Source: Torpedo marmorata
Taxonomy: Eukaryota
Length of the DNA: 64,000 bases
Direction: 5' to 3'
Assembly: GCA_977017645.1 (NCBI GenBank)
Contig: OZ360237.1
Location: forward strand, 40,672,001-40,736,000
Shown here: piece by piece, positions 1 to 9,340 of the stretch
Layout: each line of letters opens with the position of its first letter
How positions within the stretch are numbered: position 1 is the stretch's first letter
Notes under the pieces: model-generated
The model's input: the letters and a program-made list of their open reading frames with translations, nothing else
Told to the model about the DNA's origin: nothing
Database searches by the model: none
Translations under genes and position numbers: made by a program

Positions 1-949
1 GGTAGGCAGCTTTGTAATCAATCCAAGTCAAATTGAGGTAAAAATTCCATATCTGTATTTTTATTGGAACGATTCTTTAAAATAAAGTTTGCAGAATAAG
101 CATTGGTCTTTGCGGAGGGTGTTTTTTGGAAGATGTGCCAGAAATCTTTGACGATGGACAAGAGTATAGCTGGCAGCAGCAAAAATTAGGTTGGTGGCTC
201 TCTTCCCTTCTGTCTGAATTCCCTGAGAGTGTGGAGACGGAGGCGAAGGAACAACGGCCATTGGTGAGGGTGGGAAAGGTTTGGGATTCAAGTGGTCTGA
301 AAATCCTTAGGCCAGTGGGGACAGGGGGTTGGCTCGGTGGCGGGAGGTGGGGTGAGAGCCCACTCGCTCGCCGAGGCTGGACTGCTGAGGGATTATTTCA
401 TGTGGCGCAGAAAGGCACTTTTCCAGCTTTCTGCTGCTGGCTTTTGCAATCAGCATTCCGACCCGTACCATATGTTTCTGTCTGCGCAGGGATTTAAAAG
501 AAACCGTGCTTTCTCTGTTGGTTAGAACCTTTACAGGCGGCATGTGGGCACTCTCAGTAATGTGAGGCCAAGGAGAAAGGAGATGATGACAAAAAGAGAA
601 ACTGCCCATCGTAGTCGAGAGAGCTTTCTGACATGCTCACCACCACCCTGCTCCTCCTCCTACTTCCTCCCCTACTGCTGCCCAGTATCTCCCTGTTAAT
701 TCATTTGAGGCATAATAATAAAGGACGGGAAAATTCAGAGCGTGATTGAGAGGGTTTTTGCTAAAGACGCTGGAGAATCTGAAACCAAGTAGCACTGTCT
801 CGGGATGAGGGGTCATTTAGACCTGAGAAATTATAAAACTCATTTGTTCTGGGAGGTCAGTACATTCAAGATTGTTACTGGAGGATCGAGGGAAGTGAGC
901 ATTGGACGAGAAAATGGAGTTGATGAACAAGATCAACCAGAGGGGCACT

Positions 950-1417
950 TGAACTAGAAGGGGTAGGTTTAAGTTGAGAGGGTAAAGATTTAAAAAGGAC
1001 CTGAGGGGCAAATTTCTCCACACAGAGGATACTGGGTAAATGGAACAAGCTGCCAGACGAAGTGTAGAGCTGGGTATAATTATGACATTTAAAAGTTCAA
1101 GTTCAAGTTTATCATCCGATTGTACAAGTACAACCTGATGAAACAGTGTTCTCAGGTCCTCAGTGCAACACACTGCAAGCACACATACAGACATAACACA
1201 CATACAGACAAACAATACATATGCACAGTACTTATATACAAATATTAGAATAAATAAATATTACTGTTCAATAAATAGGTGAGACAATGAAAATGTTTTG
1301 AGGGATATGTGCCAAGTGCAGGCAAATGGGACTAGTTTAGATAGGCAAGTTGGTCAGCATAAATGAGATGAGCTGAAGGGCCTTTTTTCACCCTCTGTAG
1401 CTCCATGACTCTATGAA
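950..1417 (+). mobile_element. CR1 LINE 3' fragment, split by an antisense Rex1-type tail
   Basis: Typical CR1 ORF2 C-terminal nucleotide pattern (aagttgagagg...ctgaggggcaa...tggaacaagctgccag), 3'UTR gctgaagggcct and (GACTCTAT)-like tail at about 1405-1417. Confidence 0.75.
1093..1276 (-). mobile_element. Rex1/Babar LINE 3'UTR and tail (subfamily C, CTTGA-type tail)
   Basis: Reverse complement matches 30480-30665 and 31519-31700; interrupts the CR1 fragment. Confidence 0.7.
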
Positions 1418-2254
1418 CACTGCTGCTTCTACTTATTATGTTATTAATCCCAAGGATTCTGGTCAGTGTGACCAAATCCTGATACAGAAACATGCTTAAC
1501 AGGGATGCTAAACATGTCAGTGACATTAAATAGTTTTAAAACATTAACTGTTCGGAGGCATGGCAGTGAATGGGTTAAGCTGCATGCTCATAACAGTTGT
1601 TGACAGATTGGCTTTAAAATACAAAATTGTTTCAAAAATGATCTCATTGACATAACCAGCTGTTGGTGAGATTCATGCACCAATTCATACACTGAAGGAC
1701 CAGTTGTCTAATATTTATGCAACATTCCTTGTTTTTATGTAAAAAAAATGGGCATTGTACTGTCTTCACTTGCAGTTCAATTGGCATTTGAGGACTGATG
1801 TAAATTGTTCGGACTTGGGATGAGGAAAAAATTAAAGTACCAGCCAATAGTTAAAAGAAGCATTGTGTTCTCGTTTGAGCATTGAGATTGTACAAAGTTC
1901 CACATTTAATTTCTCTCTTCTTGCTCACATTCACAATATAACATGGTGATTGTGTCAAACAGACCAAGCCATGAAGCAACTCAGTTCCTCGGTCAGATGA
2001 GGGAAGAATATTATTTCATCCCAGATGGCTAACTTTTCAGTGCCTCTCATAGTGAACCTACCCAAGACAGGAAAACCTCACCCTCTCAGTTTCACAGATA
2101 GACTTCCAGGTTCAGACTCATGCTTGCCTCTTCTTCTTGTACGAGAAATAGCTCCCATGTCTACTCTCATGCTGTGGGTCAGTAGGTGGACAGACATTTC
2201 CGAATCGGAAAGATGTACCAGAACACAGCATTCTGCAACGAATACTGGAACAAG

Positions 2255-2350
2255 AACAGAATGCTGGAAGAACTCAGCAGGTCAAGCGGCATCTGTGGAG
2301 TCAGAAGATGTGATTTGATGTTTCAGGTCGAGACCCTGCATCAAAATTGA
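2255..2350 (-). mobile_element. Penelope-like terminal repeat fragment with degenerate hammerhead motif
   Basis: tgctggaagaactcagcaggtca...gatgtttcaggtcgagaccctgcatca, homologous to the terminus of the GIY-YIG element at 26777-26890. Confidence 0.65.
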
Positions 2351-2493
2351 GAGGGGACAGGCCAGTAGGTTCGGGGGTGGGGGGGGGGGTGGGTGGTAGA
2401 CAATAGGAGACATCACACAGGGATGGGATGATGGGTCGATGGAATCAGGTGAGGGAAAGGATTGGGAGGAATGAATAATGAGAGAAGAATGGG

Positions 2494-2745
2494 AGACATG
2501 GTTAGTATAGTGGTTAGCACAACACTATTACAGCGGCAATGACCTGGGTTTGAATCCGCCGCTGTCTGTAAGGAGTTTGTACGTTCTCCCCTGTCTTCGT
2601 GGGTTTCCTCCGGGTGCTCCGGTTTCCTCCCACATTCCAAAGACGTCTGGAGTCAGTAGGTTAATTGGTCACCTGGGTGTATTTGAGTGGCTCGGACTCG
2701 TGGGCTGGAAGGGCCTGCTACCGTGCTGTATCTCTAAAATTAAAA
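2494..2745 (+). mobile_element. tRNA-derived V-SINE (HE1-like)
   Basis: A/B-box head, V-domain gtttcctccgggtgctccggtttcctcccac, CR1-like 3' end ggaagggcctg...gtgctgtatctctaaa; about 15 copies in the window. Confidence 0.85.
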
Positions 2746-2867
2746 GAAAAAACAAGCTGGACAGGCTCATGTGTATGGGAGGAGAACACTGCGGCTGAGA
2801 GTTACCTGAAATTGGAAAATCGAATGTTGTTGTGTTAGAGGTAGTGAGAAGTCAAACTGACATTTTG

Positions 2868-3135
2868 GATGCAAATGAAAGATTCTGTGGCAGTATTTAA
2901 GAAGAGAAGCTGAGAAGTTTGCCCTGGTTTCCTGGACTATACTAACCTCAAAATCAACATGGCCATAAACAATTTATCTGATCGATAGTATGGCGAGATC
3001 TTGCAGTGGCTACTTGACTACCGTGTCTCCAACCTTATCCCAGTAGTAACATTTGAATAGTACTTCATTTGTTAGTGTATTGGGATGTTCTCAAAAGAAT
3101 GTGAAACATGTTAATTGTAAAACAATGTCTTTTCC
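2868..3135 (+). mobile_element. Old Deu-domain SINE relic (SacSINE1/AmnSINE1-like)
   Basis: aaagattctgtggcagtattt..gaagag..ccctggtttcctgg.., gagatcttgc.., gtacttcatttg..; resembles the Deu-SINE body as recalled and other relics in the window. Confidence 0.55.
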
Positions 3136-3907
3136 TTTTCTTGGATTAAGATGAGCAAAGTGGGAAGTTTGCTCAAGCTTATTCAAGTCTATAAAATTGG
3201 GATTCACTTCGACGTTTGCAAAATCAATACCTTTCACAGGTGATCCTTTGTTTCAAAAGGCACATTCTAACTTGTTCTTTTGCCTGGCAAATAGTAAAAG
3301 GCCTGTAAATTAAAACAGGTTCATTTCATAGTAATGGCAACAGAATTTAAGTGGCAGCATTTGGGGCTAACTCCTTTTAAATATTCTGCCATTATTTAGA
3401 CAAATATCTCTTTCGATAACACATTAGTTACATTATGGGTATAAATGTGAAAATGGAGAGAGAGAAAATATGCAGCCTCAGTCAGATCCCAGCTATGATG
3501 AATTCATTTTCTCTGCACATTTCCAATAATCCCTATTGCAACTCAGATATACTTCTCAAACTTTATAGTTTGCCGGGGAGGAAGAAAGCATATTCCCTTA
3601 ACGCATTCTTAATTCTTAATGCATTCCATTTATGCCAAGCATCCTAAACCACTTTTTCAACATACAGACTGTGATCCCTTTGTATTCTTTTCACTGAAAG
3701 AGATGACTGATACAGAAAGGGAGGACATTGGAACGTACTTGCCAGTGACATCTAACATGTTCAGCAGTGATCACCAGGGACAAAATTGCTTTAGTTCACG
3801 GAATCCTTATGTTTGGGGCCCCTTCTCTGCTCATCCGGGAGAATGCTGGTGTGGCAATGCACTTCATTGGCATGATATATATGGCATTATGTATGGCACT
3901 TCATTGG

Positions 3908-4161
3908 GGGTGGCATGGTTAGCGTAACGGTTAGTGGAACATTATTACAGTGGGTTCGAATCCGGCGCTACATGTAAGGAGTTTATACGTTCTCCCCATG
4001 TATGCGTGGATTTTCTCTGGGTGCTCCGGTTTTCTCCCACCCTTCAAAGAAAAACATATGGGATTTTAGGTTGATTGGGGTATTTGGGCGGCACGGGTTC
4101 GTGGGCCGCAAGGGCCTGTTACTGCGCTGTAAATCTAAATTTAAATTTAAATTTAAATTTA
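3908..4161 (+). mobile_element. V-SINE
   Basis: Head, V-domain and (AAATTT)n tail at about 4137-4161. Confidence 0.85.
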
Positions 4162-4169
4162 TAGAACCA

Positions 4170-4402
4170 ATTATGTGGAGTGGGAACACTGCAGCCAATT
4201 TGCACCTAGCAAGCGCCCATGAACTCTGACATGATACCATGTGGCTAACCCGCTTTGGAAATATTGGGGAAAGGGAGTAGCTCTGACAGAGTGGCACTCC
4301 CTGCACAGATCAGGATTTCAATGCTCAAGTGTTTGTAGGTGCTTGAACCTACAAACCTTTGGCTCAGAGGTTAGAATGTTACGAACTGAGTCACAGTTGA
4401 TG
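4170..4402 (-). mobile_element. Old Deu-domain SINE relic
   Basis: gcagccaatttgcacctagcaag and tRNA-like head cttgaacctacaaacc...actgagtcacag in antisense. Confidence 0.5.
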
Positions 4403-4622
4403 CATTCTTCTAACAAAAGTCGACTTTGATGATCTGGATTAAGAAGGAGCAAACTTTTCAATTTCCAATTCTATCCAATAACCTCTGCAGCTACAGATAG
4501 GGATGGGTCAACAAGGAGATGATTGAGCTTGAGGATGATCCTCTTCCAATGGGCTGGCTTGTCTGTGCTCATTGACTTGGCTCACAAAAATCAAGGCTGC
4601 TTCAATAACACAGTGCCTGTGG

Positions 4623-4862
4623 AATTTAAATTTAGACATACAGCATGGTAACAGGCCCTTCTGGCCCTCGAGCCCATGCTGCCCAAGTACACCAATTAAA
4701 CTACAAACCCGTACGCGTCTGAAGGATGGGAGGAAATTCGAGCATCTGGGGAAACTCAATGCAGGTCACGGGGAGAATTCCTTACAGACAGCACTGGGTT
4801 TAAACCCGGGTCGCTGGTGCTGTACTAGCATTGCGCTAACCACTACACTAACTGTGCTGCCC
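4623..4862 (-). mobile_element. V-SINE
   Basis: Reverse complement of the family pattern, tail at about 4623-4635. Confidence 0.85.
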
Positions 4863-4889
4863 CTCAATCTTTTCCATCAAGTGATCAAT

Positions 4890-6130
4890 TTGTTTGTTTC
4901 AGGTGCCTTGCCGTTCGGCGTGGGCGATCATGTCTCTCCATCCATCACAGTCCCTGACCCTCCGAATTGTAATTATTGCCTTCCCCGTTTCTAACCACGA
5001 TGTTAATCCATCTATCATTTTCATTCTGTCTGCCTCTGCTTCTTTGTCCTTCCAGCTTTCCAGTTGTAACTAAATGTTCTTTTTTTAATATTTTATTTTA
5101 ATTTTCAAATATATTTAACAATTATACAGAACACAAAACACAAAAAAAAAACACTTCCCTACCCTTTCTATATAAACTCAATTAAGCAAAGAAAAAGAAA
5201 AAGAAAGAAGGAAAAAAAACGGGCAGTGCATCCAGTGAAACACATAGAGGCACGGTACTAACAGTGTTGTATCCTTTAAACAGGCCTTCTGGCTAACCAG
5301 AAATAATTAAAACTATAGTGGCATCAGTGAAGTGCCTATATATTCGAGGTAAGGCTGCCAAATTTTCAGAAAGGTGTTGTATCCTTTTCTAAGATTATAT
5401 GTGATCTTTTCAAGAGGAATACAACTGTTCATTTCCAAAGACCATCTATGAATGAGAAGAGGGGAATCAGATTTCCATGTCACTGTTATACATTTCCTGG
5501 CCACACATAAAGCAATTTCTATAAATTTAATTTGGAAATTAGTTAAAGATCTACTGACACTCGTGAAATTCCCCAGTAAGCAAAGCTCAGGATCTAATGG
5601 GAAAGTGACTCCTGTGATCTTAGTCAAGGTGTCACAGAGGTCGTACCAAAAGGGCCTCATCTTTGTACAAAGCCAGGTAGAGTGCAAGAAGGAGCCAACC
5701 TCTATACCACATCTGAAACACTTTTTTGATAATTCAGGTTTATATTTATGTAGATTCTGTGGGGTGAGGTACAGTTGATGGAGGAAATTATAGTGAACCA
5801 GTCTGTACCGGGCATTAATGGTAGCTAACAAATTTCCTTGACATAAATCTGACCAGAGCTGTTCATCAATTGTTATGTTCAAATCTGATTCCCATCTCGC
5901 TCTAGATTTGTGCAAACCTGGCTTTGGGCCCTCATTCAGCAGTAAGAAATACATTTTAGAAATAAATTTGCATACATTTCCCTCATGAAGCAGTTTCTCC
6001 ATAACTAAATGTTCTAATATATTTCTTCGCATGATATGTCCAAAGAATTTTGATTGCTGCTTTCTGATTCTTTTAAGTAATGTACGTTTTGTTTTTGTTC
6101 TCTGTAGAACTTTTTCGTTGGTTATCAATA
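4890..6130 (-). mobile_element. RTE-clade LINE 3' fragment, split by L1 (RTE parts 4890-5080 and 6002-6130)
   Basis: ITNEKVLQR..IRKQQSKFFGHIMRR..LEHLV continues after the L1 as TTGKLEGQRSRGRQ..WRDMIAHAERQGT*, a typical RTE C-terminus; (AAAC)n tail. Confidence 0.8.
5081..6001 (-). mobile_element. 5'-truncated L1-clade LINE (ORF2 C-terminus, 3'UTR, polyA)
   Basis: CFRC..HSTWLC cysteine-rich domain and LEKITY motif; T-run at 5081; 14-bp TSD taactaaatgttct at 5067-5080 and 6002-6015. Confidence 0.9.
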
Positions 6131-6384
6131 CCGTTCGGAAAAATAATTGGATAATGAAAACCCAATATACAGTGTACCGTATATCCAGTGTATATACAGT
6201 GTATATCCAAATATATTATGAATATTATGGTTATTATGCATATGGGCTTATTAAATAAAGAATATCAGGTGCCTTGTTGTAAATTCAAATCAGAATCATG
6301 ATCTGGTAATTAGTTTAATGAAAGTGGACGGAAATGGACCTTGCATAATGATTGGTGTTTTGTATATGTATCTCTACTTGAAAA

Positions 6385-6503
6385 CAGTTTTTTGCACTAC
6401 CTATAAGTAGAAATTCTGCCTCGCCCGCAGGAAAAAGAATCTCAGCGTTGTATGTGTTGTCATGTATGTACTCTGACAATAAATCTGAACTTTGAACTTT
6501 GAT
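6385..6503 (+). mobile_element. Rex1/Babar 3' tail (subfamily A)
   Basis: ttctgcctcgcccgcaggaaaaagaatctcag...tgacaataaatctgaactttgaac, matches tails at 19936, 40721, 46855 and 48443. Confidence 0.8.
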
Positions 6504-6819
6504 CACATTCGGACTTTAAATGAATAATACATACACCAATGCATGATAATCATCTCCATGCTTTTGGACACAATTGTTATGATGAGGTGCAGGGAGTTAG
6601 ATTTTGAAACAAGTCCAGATCTATAAATTCCACCTACAATGCATGAATTGGCAACATTCGATGACTGGCATGAGTGAAATTAGTACAATCCAATTCTCAC
6701 CAATTTTCAGTTAAAATTGCAAGTTTGTACAAAGTGATTCAAGCAATGAAGCCAAAGACAGAACTCGGATTTATTTTGGCAACTAGCATAAAATTGAAAA
6801 TACACTTTCTTTTTTTAGT

Positions 6820-7430
6820 ATTTATCCGCTCACAGTACGTGAGCATTTCAGGCGAGGTCACTGTTTATTTGCAATTGCTCCTGAACTGAGTGGTTTGCTG
6901 GCCGTTTCAGAGGGTAGGTAAGAATCAACAAACATTACTGTGGGTCTGGAGTCAAATATAGATGAGACCAGCAAAGAATGGTAAATTTGCCACCCTGAAG
7001 GACATCAGTGAACCTGATGGATTTTGACAACAAAACATTATTACTGGCAAAAATATTACAATTCTGGACTTGTTTAATTTTGTTTAATTCCCTAATTGAA
7101 GTGGTGGGTTTTAAAATCACATCTCTTGTTCTATACAACTATCTTCTGGATTCTAAAGGTAAAGAAAAGTAAAGGTTCCATTATTGTCACGTAATACTAC
7201 ATTTAGAATGTAACATACATGAAATTCTTTAACTTTATCTACCGTAAGGAAGACAGAGAGTCGCTACTTTGTCCAGCGCCCCTCACAGAAATGAGGCCCA
7301 AGCGAGGAACGAGCTTGCAACCCCTGGTTTACAAGACCAGTGCTCTAACCACTGAGCTATTGACTAATAGGCTACAGCACCATCATGGCATTCCAGTAAA
7401 TTTGACACAATACTATCCATGTGGTTTTTA
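6820..7430 (-). mobile_element. Old tRNA-type SINE relic hosting a younger SINE
   Basis: ctgaactgagtggtttgctggccgtttcagaggg...tgtgggtctggagtca...gaaggacatcagtgaacc; tail related to 39405-39460 and 50880-50940. Confidence 0.5.
7154..7365 (-). mobile_element. SINE with tRNA-Thr(UGU)-derived head (7294-7365) and Rex1-type tail
   Basis: Minus strand reads atagctcagtggttagagcactggtcTTGTaaaccaggggttgcaagctcgttcctcgcttgggcct (anticodon stem ctggt/accag, TGT), then a body shared with 39037-39131. Confidence 0.8.
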
Positions 7431-7638
7431 ATAGAAGGTAGAATATTGATGGCTGTTGATATAAAAACATAAGACATGGGAGCAGGAGATGACCATCTGG
7501 CCCGTCAAGCCTACTCCGTCATTCAATAAGATCATGGTAGATTTGGCCGTGGACTCAGCTCCACTTACTTACCTGTTCACCATAACCCTTAATTCCCCTG
7601 CTACTCAAAAATCTATCCATCTGTGTCTTAAGTACATT

Positions 7639-7880
7639 CACAATGCTGGAGAAACTCAGCAGGTCAAACCTGCTGAGTTTCTCCAGCATTGTGTTTTTAG
7701 TTCAATCATGGCATCTGCAGACTTTCATGTTTTACTCCTCTCTTAAGTCTGCAGATGCTGTGATGGTAGTGCAATACACAACAGAGCTGAAGAAACTCAA
7801 CAGGTTACGTACGCAGCATCTATAGGAAGTAAAGGGAGTAAAGTAAAGAAAACATTTTGGGCCTGAACCCTTCATCAAAG
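7639..7880. mobile_element. Cluster of three Penelope terminal fragments in alternating orientation
   Basis: Perfect 26-bp inverted repeat 7639-7664/7668-7693; second 14-bp inverted repeat 7711-7724/7745-7758; degenerate hammerhead at about 7850-7880. Confidence 0.75.
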
Positions 7881-8111
7881 TAGCCTCTACTGCTACCTTG
7901 AGTAGAGAATTCCACAGGATCACTACCCTCTGGGAGAAGGTTCCTCCTCATCTCTGCCTTAAATCTACTCCCCCGAATCTTAATCTGCCCCCTAGTTCTA
8001 ATGTCACCTGTCAGAGGAAACAACCTCCCTGCTTCTATTATGATCTATTCCTTTTATAACGTATGTTTCTTTAAGATCCTCTGCCTCCTTTTAAATTTCA
8101 CTGAATATAGT

Positions 8112-8335
8112 TGTGGTAAACCACTGTATATATGTTTATAGTCGTCTGGACACACCCCTTGCTGACTGTACCTATGGCTCCTCCCACAGACCCCTGAATA
8201 AAGGCCATTGTGCCACAGCTCCCTCCCCAGTCCAGGACAGACGACCAGCATGGACGTGCCTCCATTCCGATGTAAATAAAAGCCTATCAGTTTCTACATT
8301 TCTTCTAGTCTTTCGGAATTATTGATGGTGCATCA
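8112..8335 (+). repeat. Gypsy 5' LTR (224 bp)
   Basis: tgtggtaaacc...ggtgcatca; differs from the 3' LTR by 9 substitutions and one 3-bp indel (counted by eye, about 4%). Confidence 0.95.
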
Positions 8336-8336
8336 A

Positions 8337-8350
8337 TTTTATTTACATCG
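8337..8350 (+). promoter_or_regulatory. PBS-position tract complementary to the element's own LTR (no tRNA-type TGG)
   Basis: ttttatttacatcg is the exact reverse complement of cgatgtaaataaaa at 8268-8281. Confidence 0.75.
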
Positions 8351-8358
8351 TTTTGATA

Positions 8359-9340
8359 ATGGAGCAGATCCTGAAACCAGAAAAGCTGGAACTCGACCCA
8401 CAATCGCCCGAGGCATCCAACAGCTTCGAACACTGTCTGCGTTGTTTTGAAGTGTTCCTGCGGGCCTCCTCTGCAGTCGTTCGATCAGAGGATGAGAAAC
8501 TGCAGGTACTACATTCCCGGGTCGGGCCCGGTATATTCGATGATCAGAGACGTCGAATTGTACCAGAAAGCCATGGAAATACTGAGAAGCCAGTACCTGA
8601 AGAAGGTAAATGAGGTCTACGCTAGGCTACCCGAAAACAGTGACCCGGGGAATCGAGCGCCGAGTACCTACGGGCCCTGCGAGCTCTCGGGCAGGCCTGT
8701 GGCTGCAAGGCCGTGATGGCCGCGGTGAACATGGAGGACCTGATTAGAGACGCCTATGTCGCGGGTATCAGATCCAACTATATACGGCAATAACTGTTGG
8801 AGCAGGGCGAGCTCAACTTACAGAGGGCAGTTGACCAAGCAGGCACGCTAGAAGTGGCCCTCCAAAATATGGACGCTTACTCAGCCGACAACGCGGCCGC
8901 CTCGTGGTTACTGAGGGCATTACCATCTTGGGACACGGGAGAGCCGCAAGCCTGAGGAACACCGCCACCACCACGTCCTGCCAGCGACCCGACCATGACC
9001 GTTATACTCCGCTAGCAACCGAAGTGCTACTTCTGCGGCCTGGACAAGCATCCCAGAAAACGCTGCCTGGCGAAAGACGCAGCCTGCTCTAGCTGCGGAA
9101 AGAAGGGGCACTACACAAAAGTTTGTAAGTTCAAGCCGCACTCAAGACCCAGCAGCACCGCGTGCGAGCAAGGGGCGCCGCTATCTTGGACGCAGCCATC
9201 TTCCCAACCCAGCAGGGCTGTGTGTGGACCATGGGGGCCGCCATCTTGGACGCCGCCATCTTGGGACCAAACACCCGAACACCACACCGCTTCTACGAAG
9301 CCCGACAGCGACTCAATACTGGCCTCCATCACGCTGGATC
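8359..9340 (+). pseudogene. gag: Gypsy gag, frameshifted and with an internal stop
   Basis: ATG at 8359 (MEQILKPEKLELDP); two CX2CX4HX4C knuckles CYFCGLDKHPRKRC and CSSCGKKGHYTKVC at about 9025-9126; TAA at 8791. Confidence 0.85.

Noticed and set aside
126-609. 123-aa and 100-aa ORFs at the window start
   Set aside because: No recognisable domain or splice structure; the 123-aa ORF starts at TTG
7294-7365. Functional tRNA-Thr(UGU) gene
   Set aside because: T-loop/B-box mutated (gctcgt instead of gttcga), acceptor stem mismatched, no T4 terminator, fused to a retroposon tail
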